A stretch of DNA of 64,000 nucleotides from a virus (Duplodnaviria; Caudoviricetes). The stretch is from IMG/VR virus record IMGVR_UViG_3300001598_000002, positions 51,864 to 115,863 of that record; one strand, 5' to 3'. Under the pieces are notes generated by a model, which did not search any database, was not told the origin of the DNA, and saw only the letters and a program-made list of their open reading frames with translations. Below are positions 9,440-19,100 of the stretch, in pieces. The first letter of the stretch is position 1; the number at the start of each line of letters is the position of its first letter. The translations under genes were made by a program, and so were the position numbers.

Positions 9440-10528
9440 ATGACTATTGCTGAATTAAAAGATATTGCCCTTCATGCAGCAAAGGGTACTATTCCTGCTA
9501 ACTTTACTGCGCAGGGTGAAAATGCAAGTGACTATGATGTCAATGCTGCTTTTATTGATGGTTTAAATGAACTGGCTGGTTCTGTTAATCAGTTTATGAA
9601 GAACCGTTATGATATTTACGAAATTGTTGTCGAAACTATTGATAAGATTATGCCTAAGAATGTTATCGCTGCATTAAGTCCTTTTGCAGAGGTACAGGTT
9701 ATTGAGCAAGGTAAGAAGGCTATCTTTAAGCAGAAAGTTGGTAAGATGCGTGCCAAGAAGTTCCTTACTCAGGTTGGCCTTTCTGGCGTGTATGAAACTT
9801 TCCGTCTTGATTCTAAGACTTTTGAACTGGCTGCACATGCAGTTGGTGGCGGCGCTACTATTGACTTCGAAAGAATGCTTGATGGTGCCGAATCTTTAGC
9901 CGAGGTTATGGAAGTTATCACTACTGGTTTAACCGATGCTGTATTTGTTGAAGTTTCTAAGGCTATGCGCGCTGCTTATGACGTTGCAGATGTTCCTGAG
10001 GCCAACCGTAAGACTGGTGATACTTTTGAGGCTGATAAGATGGTTGCTCTTATGAACGTTGTCCGTGCATATGGTAATCCCGTTATCTTTGCTCCTCCAG
10101 AATTTATCGCTAATATGGGTGCCGATGCTATTGTTCCTATTGGTACTTATGGTTCTGGTGCTACTGCAAGCGCTATTCCTGGTGTATATTCTCCCGATGA
10201 TATTGAAGCCATCCATAAGACTGGTTACATCAATATTTTCCGTGGTGCTCCTATTGTTCAAATTCCTCAGTCCTTCGTTGATGAGAACAATGACAAAACA
10301 TATGTTGATCCTCAGCTAGCATATGTACTTCCTGGTGGACAGGAAAAGGTTGTTAAAGTTGTATTAGAAGGTCAAACTCAGATTCGCGACTTCGAAAATA
10401 GAGATAACTCTATGGAAGTTTATGCATGGAAGAAGATGGGTTGTGCAATCCTTACTTATTACAACTGGGGTATCTATAAGAACACTGGTATCACTCAAAC
10501 CTATCATAATCCTTACGAGAATATCTAA
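9440..10528 (+). CDS. Major capsid protein
   Basis: 362 aa with strong RBS and highly expressed codon usage, followed by a terminator. Position fits the head module. Confidence 0.8.
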   Translation: MTIAELKDIALHAAKGTIPANFTAQGENASDYDVNAAFIDGLNELAGSVNQFMKNRYDIYEIVVETIDKIMPKNVIAALSPFAEVQVIEQGKKAIFKQKVGKMRAKKFLTQVGLSGVYETFRLDSKTFELAAHAVGGGATIDFERMLDGAESLAEVMEVITTGLTDAVFVEVSKAMRAAYDVADVPEANRKTGDTFEADKMVALMNVVRAYGNPVIFAPPEFIANMGADAIVPIGTYGSGATASAIPGVYSPDDIEAIHKTGYINIFRGAPIVQIPQSFVDENNDKTYVDPQLAYVLPGGQEKVVKVVLEGQTQIRDFENRDNSMEVYAWKKMGCAILTYYNWGIYKNTGITQTYHNPYENI

Positions 10529-10534
10529 GTTCAA

Positions 10535-10570
10535 GCGGGGGAGGGTAACTCCCTCTCCCGCAATTTTATT
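10535..10570 (+). terminator. Intrinsic terminator after the capsid gene
   Basis: GCGGGGGAGGG-taac-TCCCTCTCCCGC hairpin followed by a T-rich tract. Confidence 0.75.
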
Positions 10571-10596
10571 ATAATGGAGTAAAAGGAGTTATTATT

Positions 10597-11070
10597 ATGA
10601 GTAAAATTAATGTTAAAAGTTTAGCAATTGGAGAGGTTAGTGTTTTTCAACCATCTATTCCCTTTAAGGCATCTTGGCCTTCCAAAGGTAGCACTCGTCA
10701 AATTGAGGAAGATGTTTTAGAACAGTTAATGTATACTCCTGGTTTTGAATATATGATTAACAATGGCATTTTATATATTGAAGATATGGACGCCAAGAAG
10801 AGACTTGGTATCGAGCCAGAAGATGCTACAGCACCGGTTAATGTTATTGTATTAACTGATGCTGATAAGCGTAAATATATGGTTAACTATGATTTTAATA
10901 AATTTAAAGAGCAAGTTAAAAAGTTAGGTTATGAACAAGTTCGTGATTTAGCTGAGTTTGCTATCCAAAATAAACTTGCTGATTTTGAAAAATGTGAATT
11001 TATTAAGGAGATTTGCGGAAAGGATATTATCCAAGCAATCCGTTTAAGTAGCAAGAATAAGGAGGAATAA
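10597..11070 (+). CDS. Hypothetical virion-assembly protein
   Basis: 157-aa ORF with AAAGGAG RBS in the head-neck region. Confidence 0.7.
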   Translation: MSKINVKSLAIGEVSVFQPSIPFKASWPSKGSTRQIEEDVLEQLMYTPGFEYMINNGILYIEDMDAKKRLGIEPEDATAPVNVIVLTDADKRKYMVNYDFNKFKEQVKKLGYEQVRDLAEFAIQNKLADFEKCEFIKEICGKDIIQAIRLSSKNKEE

Positions 11071-11071
11071 T

Positions 11072-11503
11072 ATGACCTCTTTTGATGTCGTTTACACCGC
11101 ATTTCTAAGTAAGATTTTAGACGATGAATGGGACACATGGACAGAAGCAGAAGTAGAAGAAGATTTATTTACTTTATTGCAGGCGGCCATTGTGCGTTTT
11201 AAATTTCCACGTGTCTCTTTAGAATATACAAGTGAAGGTTTTACCGATACCTTAACAAATGATGAAGTGCAAATTTTAGCTTCTTATATGAAATGTGAGT
11301 GGTTAAATAGAAATATTCTAACTTGGGAGAATGTTAAACCCCTATATGAAGAACGTGATTTTTCACAGGCAAATTTATTAGATAAGTTTAATAATATGCT
11401 CGCCGCGGAACAATCACAAGCTGCAAAATTAGAGGCGATTTACTATCGTTCTGTAAAAAAGCGGCCTTTTGAATATAGGCGTTTAGCGCAACAAGATGAT
11501 TAA
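11072..11503 (+). CDS. Putative head-tail adaptor
   Basis: 143-aa helical protein at the adaptor position (DFSQANLL motif). Confidence 0.55.
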   Translation: MTSFDVVYTAFLSKILDDEWDTWTEAEVEEDLFTLLQAAIVRFKFPRVSLEYTSEGFTDTLTNDEVQILASYMKCEWLNRNILTWENVKPLYEERDFSQANLLDKFNNMLAAEQSQAAKLEAIYYRSVKKRPFEYRRLAQQDD

Positions 11504-11771
11504 AGAAGTCCAAGAAGGATATCGCAATAAGTTAAAGAGTAAATTATTTGGTTTATTATGTGAGTTTGAAAAAAATGGTGAGTGGGAAGCATTTCTTGAA
11601 TCTATTGAAATCGAACTCGCTGGGATACCAGAAAATGCGCGAACCATTAATTATTTAACTCTTTGCAATAAAATTAATGCACTTCGTTATCTAAAATATG
11701 AATATTTCAGAAAAACCATCTTTGATTGTATGAGTTTATTATCCAAAGGTGATGAAGATGGAATATTATGA
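11496..11771 (+). CDS. Hypothetical protein
   Basis: 91-aa ORF overlapping both neighbours. Confidence 0.65.
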   Translation: MIKEVQEGYRNKLKSKLFGLLCEFEKNGEWEAFLESIEIELAGIPENARTINYLTLCNKINALRYLKYEYFRKTIFDCMSLLSKGDEDGIL

Positions 11772-12486
11772 TATTTATAAGAAAAGGTTAAATCGGTATG
11801 GCCTTGATTATCAATCACGTATACAAAATAAACGTGAAAATGAGTTTCAACTTTATTTAGCAAAAAGTGTATATCAAGTTGAATTTACATATAATAGTGC
11901 GACTATTATAGGTAGTTTTGAAAAATATAAACAAGATGAAACGGAAACTTTACATTATTTATTAACTGATATAGATGTAAATATTCCAAATGGAACCATT
12001 CTTCAAATACCAAATAAAGATGGCATATTAAAACCTTGGATGGTTTATTATCTTGAACATATTAAAGCAAGTGGATATAATCGTTATATTATGTTACGTA
12101 TGACTCATTATCTAACATGGATTGCACGCGATAAATCCACACAAACTTCTTGGGCATATATGTATGGACAAGAAGATAATATGTTAAAAGATGAATTAAA
12201 ATCTCGCAGTAGAATGGATACTTTATATACTGAAAACTTAAAGGCTAGTTTTTTCGTAATGCCTAAAAATCAGTATATAAAAAAAGATGACTATTTTATT
12301 GTTGGTGAGCAGCCATTTCAAGAGTATTATCGAGTAACTGGATATGATATTCAATCAAGCGAAGGTATAGAATATGTTACGATTGATCCTATTTATGAAT
12401 ATGATTTAACGCCTGCGCCACAACAGAGTTCCACTGATGATCCAGAAGATTTCTTCTGGCTCAATGGAGGACAAATAAATGATTAA
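11749..12486 (+). CDS. Putative head-closure or neck protein
   Basis: 245-aa beta-rich ORF in the neck region. Confidence 0.5.
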   Translation: MMKMEYYDIYKKRLNRYGLDYQSRIQNKRENEFQLYLAKSVYQVEFTYNSATIIGSFEKYKQDETETLHYLLTDIDVNIPNGTILQIPNKDGILKPWMVYYLEHIKASGYNRYIMLRMTHYLTWIARDKSTQTSWAYMYGQEDNMLKDELKSRSRMDTLYTENLKASFFVMPKNQYIKKDDYFIVGEQPFQEYYRVTGYDIQSSEGIEYVTIDPIYEYDLTPAPQQSSTDDPEDFFWLNGGQIND

Positions 12487-13303
12487 TATTGCTGATAAAT
12501 ATGGTTTACGCGATATTATGAATGGCACTTTATATAGTATTGATAAAGAAGGATTGCCTGTAAAACCAGTATTGTTTTTAGATACATTAAAAGTATCTAC
12601 AATTGAAACTCATTGTGAAACTACTTTGGCTGAAGGCGGTAAGGGATATGCGCCATTAATTAGTTGGGACTATCAAAGAGATATTACTATCAATTTAACT
12701 GATGCTTTATTCTCTGTTAAATCATTAAGCTGTTTAAGCGGCGCTTTTATTGAGACAGAAGGTAACGTTATTCGTAAAGCTATTCCTTTTAGAGGCACTA
12801 CTATACCAGTAGTATTTAAAGGACCAAATAATAAATCGTACTTTGTACCAAGTACTCGCACTATTTATGATATATATGGCAACAAAGTATCGTCAACTGA
12901 TTTAATTGATAAGAATGATTATTTATGTTGTTTTAATTTAACTCCTCGTACATATCAAGGTTTAGAAATTAAATCAAATATTTATAGTGGTTTATATTAT
13001 TTTACTGGCGATGTTTGCGCGCGCGACTTAGAAACTAATAAAGATTTACCTTGTCAATTCATTATTCCTAAAATGAAAATTACTTCAAATTTTGATTTTT
13101 CGTTTGGTGGAACAGAGGCAACAATCTTTAATTTTACGGCACGGGCGCTTACTCAACGAGATGGTCGTATGATGTCATTGATACAATATACCATTAATGA
13201 ACCTGGTGGAGAACCACTTCAAACAATTAATGGAGAAGATATATTTGATATTATTGACCGTAGATTACTAGGTCGATGGAAGGAGGGACAATTATCATGG
13301 TAA
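12479..13303 (+). CDS. Tail-tube protein paralogue
   Basis: Near full-length similarity to 14530..15279 (KPVLFLDTLKVSTIE, GGKG.APLI.WDY, DALFS.KS, QFIIPK). Confidence 0.8.
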   Translation: MINIADKYGLRDIMNGTLYSIDKEGLPVKPVLFLDTLKVSTIETHCETTLAEGGKGYAPLISWDYQRDITINLTDALFSVKSLSCLSGAFIETEGNVIRKAIPFRGTTIPVVFKGPNNKSYFVPSTRTIYDIYGNKVSSTDLIDKNDYLCCFNLTPRTYQGLEIKSNIYSGLYYFTGDVCARDLETNKDLPCQFIIPKMKITSNFDFSFGGTEATIFNFTARALTQRDGRMMSLIQYTINEPGGEPLQTINGEDIFDIIDRRLLGRWKEGQLSW

Positions 13304-13785
13304 GAAATTTAGAAGAATTAGGTCCCAATCTTCAAAAAATTGTTACTCGTCTACAGACAAACCAAAATTTATTGAAGTTACTTTATTATACTGATAAGGA
13401 TCCTTATTCAAAAGCTGATTTAACTACTGCGCAAATTAAAGATGAAGTATTTGAAAAACTAATTAAAGTCGTTCCTCGCGTTGGCCCGAAGGAAACTGCA
13501 AATAGTATTGTTTCTTTGCGAGTCGTGCGCGGCCCTATAGATTCAAAGAATAGTGAATTTCGTAATATTAATCTTGGAATTGAAGTTTTTGTACCATTAA
13601 CACAATGGTTTATAAAAGATACGAATTTACGTCCATTCTGCATTATGGGTGAAATACAGAAGTCTTTAAATGGTAAGGTTATTAATGGTCTTGGGAAGAT
13701 AGAAGGTGGAGACTTCTCTTTAAACTTTTTAACAGAAGAAATGTCATGCTATGAAATGACATTTAGGTTTACTGAATATGATTAA
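13297..13785 (+). CDS. Putative tail terminator or completion protein
   Basis: AGGAGG at 13281 precedes ATG 13297. Size and position before the tail tube fit. Confidence 0.55.
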   Translation: MVRNLEELGPNLQKIVTRLQTNQNLLKLLYYTDKDPYSKADLTTAQIKDEVFEKLIKVVPRVGPKETANSIVSLRVVRGPIDSKNSEFRNINLGIEVFVPLTQWFIKDTNLRPFCIMGEIQKSLNGKVINGLGKIEGGDFSLNFLTEEMSCYEMTFRFTEYD

Positions 13786-14509
13786 CACTGGTTTTCTACT
13801 GGGATATCCAGTTGATTTTAAACATATTTGTATGGTTTATCCACCGAAAGTTAAGGACATTGTAACTAATCAAAATTATAGTATTTATTCTCGATTACTT
13901 ACTTTTTCACAAGAAGAAATTGAAGACGAATATGTAAAAGCGCAGTTAGATTTAAAAGAACTTCTTTCACCATTTGAGTATATTTTAAATAATGCTTATA
14001 ACAATCCTCAATTTAAACAATTATTAGAGCAAGCATTCTTTTTATTTACTCATGAGCAGATTATGATTTTGTTTGAGCAAAAACAAATTGTGATAGGAGA
14101 CATTAAAGAAATTAAATCAGTTAATGAATTAAGAATACTTAAAGAAGAAGATTATTTTGAATTTCAAAATTTAATTCGTGAAGCAATTGGAGGAAAGATG
14201 ATTCCTCCACCTAATCCGAATGAAGATCCGCGTGTAAAAGCAATTAAAGCCAAAGCACGTTATCGTGATTATTTAAAAGCAAAACAAGGCAAGGGTTTAA
14301 ATTTAAAAACAACTTTGTCATCAATTTGTTGTATGGGATTTGGCTTAAATCCACTTAATATTGGAGAGTTAAGCTATGCCGCAATTCCGGCCTTAATCGC
14401 TACTTATCAAGAAAAAGAAAAGTACGAATTAGATGTGGATAGTCTATTGGCTGGCGCGGACGCTAAAAAGGTAAAACCAAAATATTGGATTAGAAATTTG
14501 GATGAATAA
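13778..14509 (+). CDS. Hypothetical tail assembly protein (chaperone-like)
   Basis: 243 aa with C-terminal LLAGADAKKVKPKYW. Located in the tail module. Confidence 0.5.
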   Translation: MINTGFLLGYPVDFKHICMVYPPKVKDIVTNQNYSIYSRLLTFSQEEIEDEYVKAQLDLKELLSPFEYILNNAYNNPQFKQLLEQAFFLFTHEQIMILFEQKQIVIGDIKEIKSVNELRILKEEDYFEFQNLIREAIGGKMIPPPNPNEDPRVKAIKAKARYRDYLKAKQGKGLNLKTTLSSICCMGFGLNPLNIGELSYAAIPALIATYQEKEKYELDVDSLLAGADAKKVKPKYWIRNLDE

Positions 14510-14529
14510 AATTAGGAGGCTATATTACA

Positions 14530-15279
14530 ATGGCTAATATCTTAGAAAAGTATGGCATTAAAGAAGTTGCTGATGTCATGTTTTACGAAATTGACAGCAA
14601 CGGCGCGGCTGGCAAGCCAGTTCTTTATCTTGATACCTTAAAGGTCTCCACTATCGAGCAGACTGCCGAGGAAGCCTCTGCAAATGGTGGTAAGGGCAAT
14701 GCTCCTCTTATCATTTGGGACTATGGTAAAGAGATTACTGTTACTCTTGAAGACGCATTATTCTCTGCTAAGTCTATGGCGATTATGTTCGGTGATGGCG
14801 ATATTAGTTCTTCTGTTAGTTCTTTAAAGAAGACTATTGCTTGGACTGCTGCTAGTGCTTCTCCTGCTGTTCCTACTTATTTTGAAGGACCCCAAGGTAA
14901 GAAATACGCTGTTCCTACTGGCGCGGTTACTTATGATGCAACTGGTGCTTCTGTAACTAGCTATACTGCTGGTCAGATTTATTATACTACTTTTGATATG
15001 GCAGTTACTGATGTTAGTGAGATTGAAATCTCTGCTAACTCTTTCCCTGGCACTTATTATGTAACTGGTGATACTTATGCTCGTTCTGAAAAGAATGGCG
15101 TTGATGAATTCTTCCAGTTCATTATTCCTAAGGCTAAGGTTCAGTCTGAAAATACTATTACTCTTGAAGCAGATGGCGATCCTTCTGTATTCAACCTTAA
15201 TCTTCGCGTTCTTCGTCCTGCCGGTGGCGGCGCGATGATGAGACTGGTTAAGTATGATATGACCGAAATCAGCGGCTAA
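14530..15279 (+). CDS. Major tail tube protein
   Basis: Strong RBS, codon usage like the capsid gene, followed by a terminator and upstream of the tape measure. Confidence 0.75.
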   Translation: MANILEKYGIKEVADVMFYEIDSNGAAGKPVLYLDTLKVSTIEQTAEEASANGGKGNAPLIIWDYGKEITVTLEDALFSAKSMAIMFGDGDISSSVSSLKKTIAWTAASASPAVPTYFEGPQGKKYAVPTGAVTYDATGASVTSYTAGQIYYTTFDMAVTDVSEIEISANSFPGTYYVTGDTYARSEKNGVDEFFQFIIPKAKVQSENTITLEADGDPSVFNLNLRVLRPAGGGAMMRLVKYDMTEISG

Positions 15280-15298
15280 TATAAGTTAACGGCTTATG

Positions 15299-15330
15299 GA
15301 TGGTGGAGGCTTTGCTTCCACCATCTTTTT
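15299..15330 (+). terminator. Intrinsic terminator
   Basis: GATGGTGGAGGC-ttt-GCTTCCACCATC followed by TTTTT. Confidence 0.85.
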
Positions 15331-15339
15331 ATTGGAGTT

Positions 15340-16140
15340 ATGGAGGAATTTGAAATGGAAAATATGTTTTCATTCAAAGATTTAGAGAAGGTTAGAATAA
15401 AAGCTACTTATAATATGAAGATTGGAGATAGAGAAATCTTAGAGGGTGAAACAATTGCGTTATTTGATAAGATTCAAATTTCCAATTTTAAAGAGGTTAG
15501 TTCAAAAGTAAGTGCTAATGGTGGTTTTGATAATCGAGCACGAGTATTTTGGGATACAACTGAAAAAGTTCAATTAAACTTTACTCAAGGAGTATTTTCA
15601 AAAGAACAATTTAGTTTAATGATTAATGCTCGAATGATTGGGCCAACTAATTCTTCAACTGTTTTAATTACAGAACAGGAAGAATTGGAAAGTAATGAAG
15701 AAGGCAAATTTGAATTAAAGTTTGAGCCAGTTAAAGATTTGTTTATTTATAATAAAGAAACTGGTAGTAAAATTAGTGAATATACAATAAATGAAAAAGA
15801 AATTACATTAGAGGTTCCTTTTACTGATGTAATTGTAACATATGTATACGAATATAAAAATTCAAATGTGGAATATTTAATTGGTCAGAATGTTCTGGCG
15901 GGATTTGTGGAGTTAGAAGGAAGGACAAGAATTAAGGATGATACAACTGGGCAAGTTGTAACTGGAATTTTAAAAATTCCGCACTTAAGGTTAATGTCTG
16001 ATTTATCTATAAGACTGGGCGCACAAGCAACACCTGTAGTTGGAAATTTTGTTGCAGAAGGCACTCCAGTTGGGTCAAGAGGAAACACCTATGTAAGTGA
16101 ATTCTTTATTTTAGGTGATGATATTGAAAGTGACCTATAA
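15340..16140 (+). CDS. Tail protein, divergent tail-tube-like
   Basis: Shares SANGG...WD...FS and the C-terminal IP...S.L.I.L pattern with 14530..15279. Confidence 0.6.
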   Translation: MEEFEMENMFSFKDLEKVRIKATYNMKIGDREILEGETIALFDKIQISNFKEVSSKVSANGGFDNRARVFWDTTEKVQLNFTQGVFSKEQFSLMINARMIGPTNSSTVLITEQEELESNEEGKFELKFEPVKDLFIYNKETGSKISEYTINEKEITLEVPFTDVIVTYVYEYKNSNVEYLIGQNVLAGFVELEGRTRIKDDTTGQVVTGILKIPHLRLMSDLSIRLGAQATPVVGNFVAEGTPVGSRGNTYVSEFFILGDDIESDL

Positions 16141-16144
16141 GATG

Positions 16145-16172
16145 ATCGGCATTAACATAAGTTAATGCCGAT
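16145..16172 (+). terminator. Hairpin or terminator before the tape measure gene
   Basis: ATCGGCATTAAC-ataa-GTTAATGCCGAT is a perfect 12-bp stem, followed by TTATTT. Confidence 0.75.
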
Positions 16173-16194
16173 TTATTTATTAGGAGGATATATA

Positions 16195-19100
16195 ATGGGA
16201 GCTAATGCAAAAACAATTCAGGTTACATTAAAAACTGTTGCTGATGTAAGTGATGTGACTAGTAATGTTAAACAGATTCAAAAAGTTATTAATCAATTAA
16301 AGCTACCAGAAAATTTAAAATCTAACTTTACCAAGGTCTTTTCAGAAATTGAAAAAAGTGCAGATAAAGCCTCACAAGCATTAGCATCTGGATTTAAAAC
16401 TAAAGGTGACGTTAGTACCTTTACTAAAAATATGGATAGAATTAATACTCTTATGGTTCAATTACAGAGCAATATGAGTAAAATTTCTCCCGATATTCTT
16501 AAAAATTCATTAGATATTGATACAACTAAATTAGAAGCAGCGAAAAAAGCAATTACAGACATTCGACAACAATTAGCGCAAAAAATCGATGCTTCGGGTT
16601 TGCAAAAAGTAGAGCAAGCCGCGGCAAATTTGTCTAAAGTATCTAAGGCGAAATCCATACAAAATTTTGTTGATGCTTTTAAATCAGGTAACTTTGATGA
16701 AGCAGAGAAAGCTTTACAGAAACTTGAACAAGGATTATCTAAAGTTACTGATCCATCTAAATTAAATATATATAAAACTGCTGTTGATGCAATGCGAAAT
16801 TCTTTAACGCAATTGGCATCAAATGGGGATATTCAAAATTTACAAACGCAATTAAATACTGCACAACAAGCTTTACAAGATTTAGGACAAACAGAGTTAA
16901 ATGATCTCTTAGCATCTTTCCAGCAATTAGTTACAAATGCATTGCCAAAAACGATTCAAGAAACTAATAATTATGCACATGCTACTAATAATGCTAACGT
17001 AGCACAGCAACAATTAAATTCTGAACTAGAACAATTTAAATCACGAATTACTTACTTCTTTGGTATGAGTAATGCAGTTAATTTATTTCAGCGTGCGATT
17101 CGTTCTGCATATGAAACTGTTAAAGATTTAGATGCAGTTATGACGGAAACGGCAGTTGTTACTGATTTCTCAGTTGGAGATATGTGGTCGCAATTACCAG
17201 AATACACTCGGCGCGCGAATGAATTAGGTGTATCTATTCATAGTGCATACGAAGCTGCTACAATTTATTATCAGCAAGGTTTAAAGACTAACGAGGTCAT
17301 GGCCATTTCAAATGAAACCTTAAAAATGGCTCGTATCGCTGGGTTAGACGCTGCCACTGCTACCGATCGTATGACCAACGCATTGCGTGGTTTTAATATG
17401 GAACTAAATGAAACCAACGCGCAGCGTATTAATGATGTATATTCAAAACTAGCTGCGATTACGGCCTCTGACACAGATGAAATTTCAACCGCCATGACTA
17501 AAGTAGCGTCTCTTGCTAATAATGCTAATATGGAGTTTGAAACAACTTCTGCATTCTTGGCGCAGATGATTGAAACCACCCGTGAATCTGCAGAAACTGC
17601 TGGTACTGCATTGAAAACAGTTGTTGCTCGTTTTTCTGAAGTTAAGGAATTATTTAGTGAAGGCAAATTATTAGGTACCGATAGTGAAGGTGAAGCAATT
17701 GATGTAAACAAAGTTTCCACTGCTTTAAGAACTGCTGGTATTAACTTAAATGAATATTTAACTGGTATGAAGGGCCTGGACGATATTTTTATTGAATTGG
17801 CTCAGAAATGGGATTCTCTTGATATCATTCAGCAAAGATATATTGCTACTATGGCGGCAGGTTCTCGTCAACAGTCTCGTTTCATTGCTATGATGTCTGA
17901 CTATGATCGCACAATGGAATTAGTCGAAGCTGCGAATAATAGTTCAGGTGCTTCTAATGAACAGTATCAGAAAACGCTCGAATCTTTAGAAACCAAATTA
18001 ACAAAACTGAAAAACGCCTGGGATGAATTTACAATGGGACTAGCAAATAATACTATTGTTAAGGGTGCTATTGATCTAATTACTTGGCTCATTGATAAAT
18101 TAAATATGCTAACTTCGGCTTTTGGTGATACTGGTAGTGCTATCGCAAAATTACTGTTAGCCTTTGTTGGGTTAAAAGTTGGAAAAGCGTTATTTAGTAA
18201 ATTTATAGATAATTTATTATCTCAGTTTTTAACTGCTGGGGAACAAAGTGGCACCTCATTTATGGATGGTTTTAAAGAGAAAATTAATAGTTCAAATTTA
18301 AAGTCATTCTTTAAGAAAGAGGTTTCTAATTTTTCTTCAGCAATGAGTAGCGCGTTAAAAAATAATACTGACTTATCATTAGCATCCTTCTTTAACACCA
18401 ATTCATTTACTGCTCAAGAATTAACACCAATTATGGATGATATTGAACAACAGTTTAAGACCAAAGTTAATTTTGGCCAGTTAACTGGGCAAGAACTTGG
18501 TACTGCTAATCAGGCAATTAATGATTTTAGAACTGCCGTTACTACAGGAGTTGGCGATGCGGGGCAAGCTATTGATGGTATGAATCAATTATTAAGTACT
18601 ACCAATCAGCAACTTGAAATTACTCTCCGCATGGCAGAGAATAGCGGCAGACAATTGTCGCAAAGTTTTATGAGTGCTGCCGCAGCTGCTGGTGCTGCCG
18701 CGATGGCTTTAGGATTGATTGCTAATGGATTAGAAAAATTAGGTGTTAGTAAAGAAGTAACTAATAGTATTAGAAAATTGTCTACTGCTTTTGGTGTTTT
18801 AGCTGGTATTTTAATGGTATTACCTGCTTTATGCAAAGCAGTTGGAATTGCGATTGAAACTATTCCTATTATTGGTTGGATTGCTGCAATTATTACGGCA
18901 CTAATTACTCTTGGTTCTATTATCGCTGATTTTATTGAGACTGATAGTGAAAAAACCGAAAGACTAGCGGATGCTGCACGAGAGGCGGCAGAAGCTGCAG
19001 AGACAGCATCAGAGGCATTTAGCCATTTACAGGATAGTTTAGATGGTTTAGATGAACGAAGCAATGAAATTAAAGAACTTGCATATGGTACAAAGGAATG

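Noticed and set aside
13778-16195. Programmed frameshift in a tail chaperone gene
   Set aside because: No overlapping ORF pair with a convincing slippery site before the tape measure.
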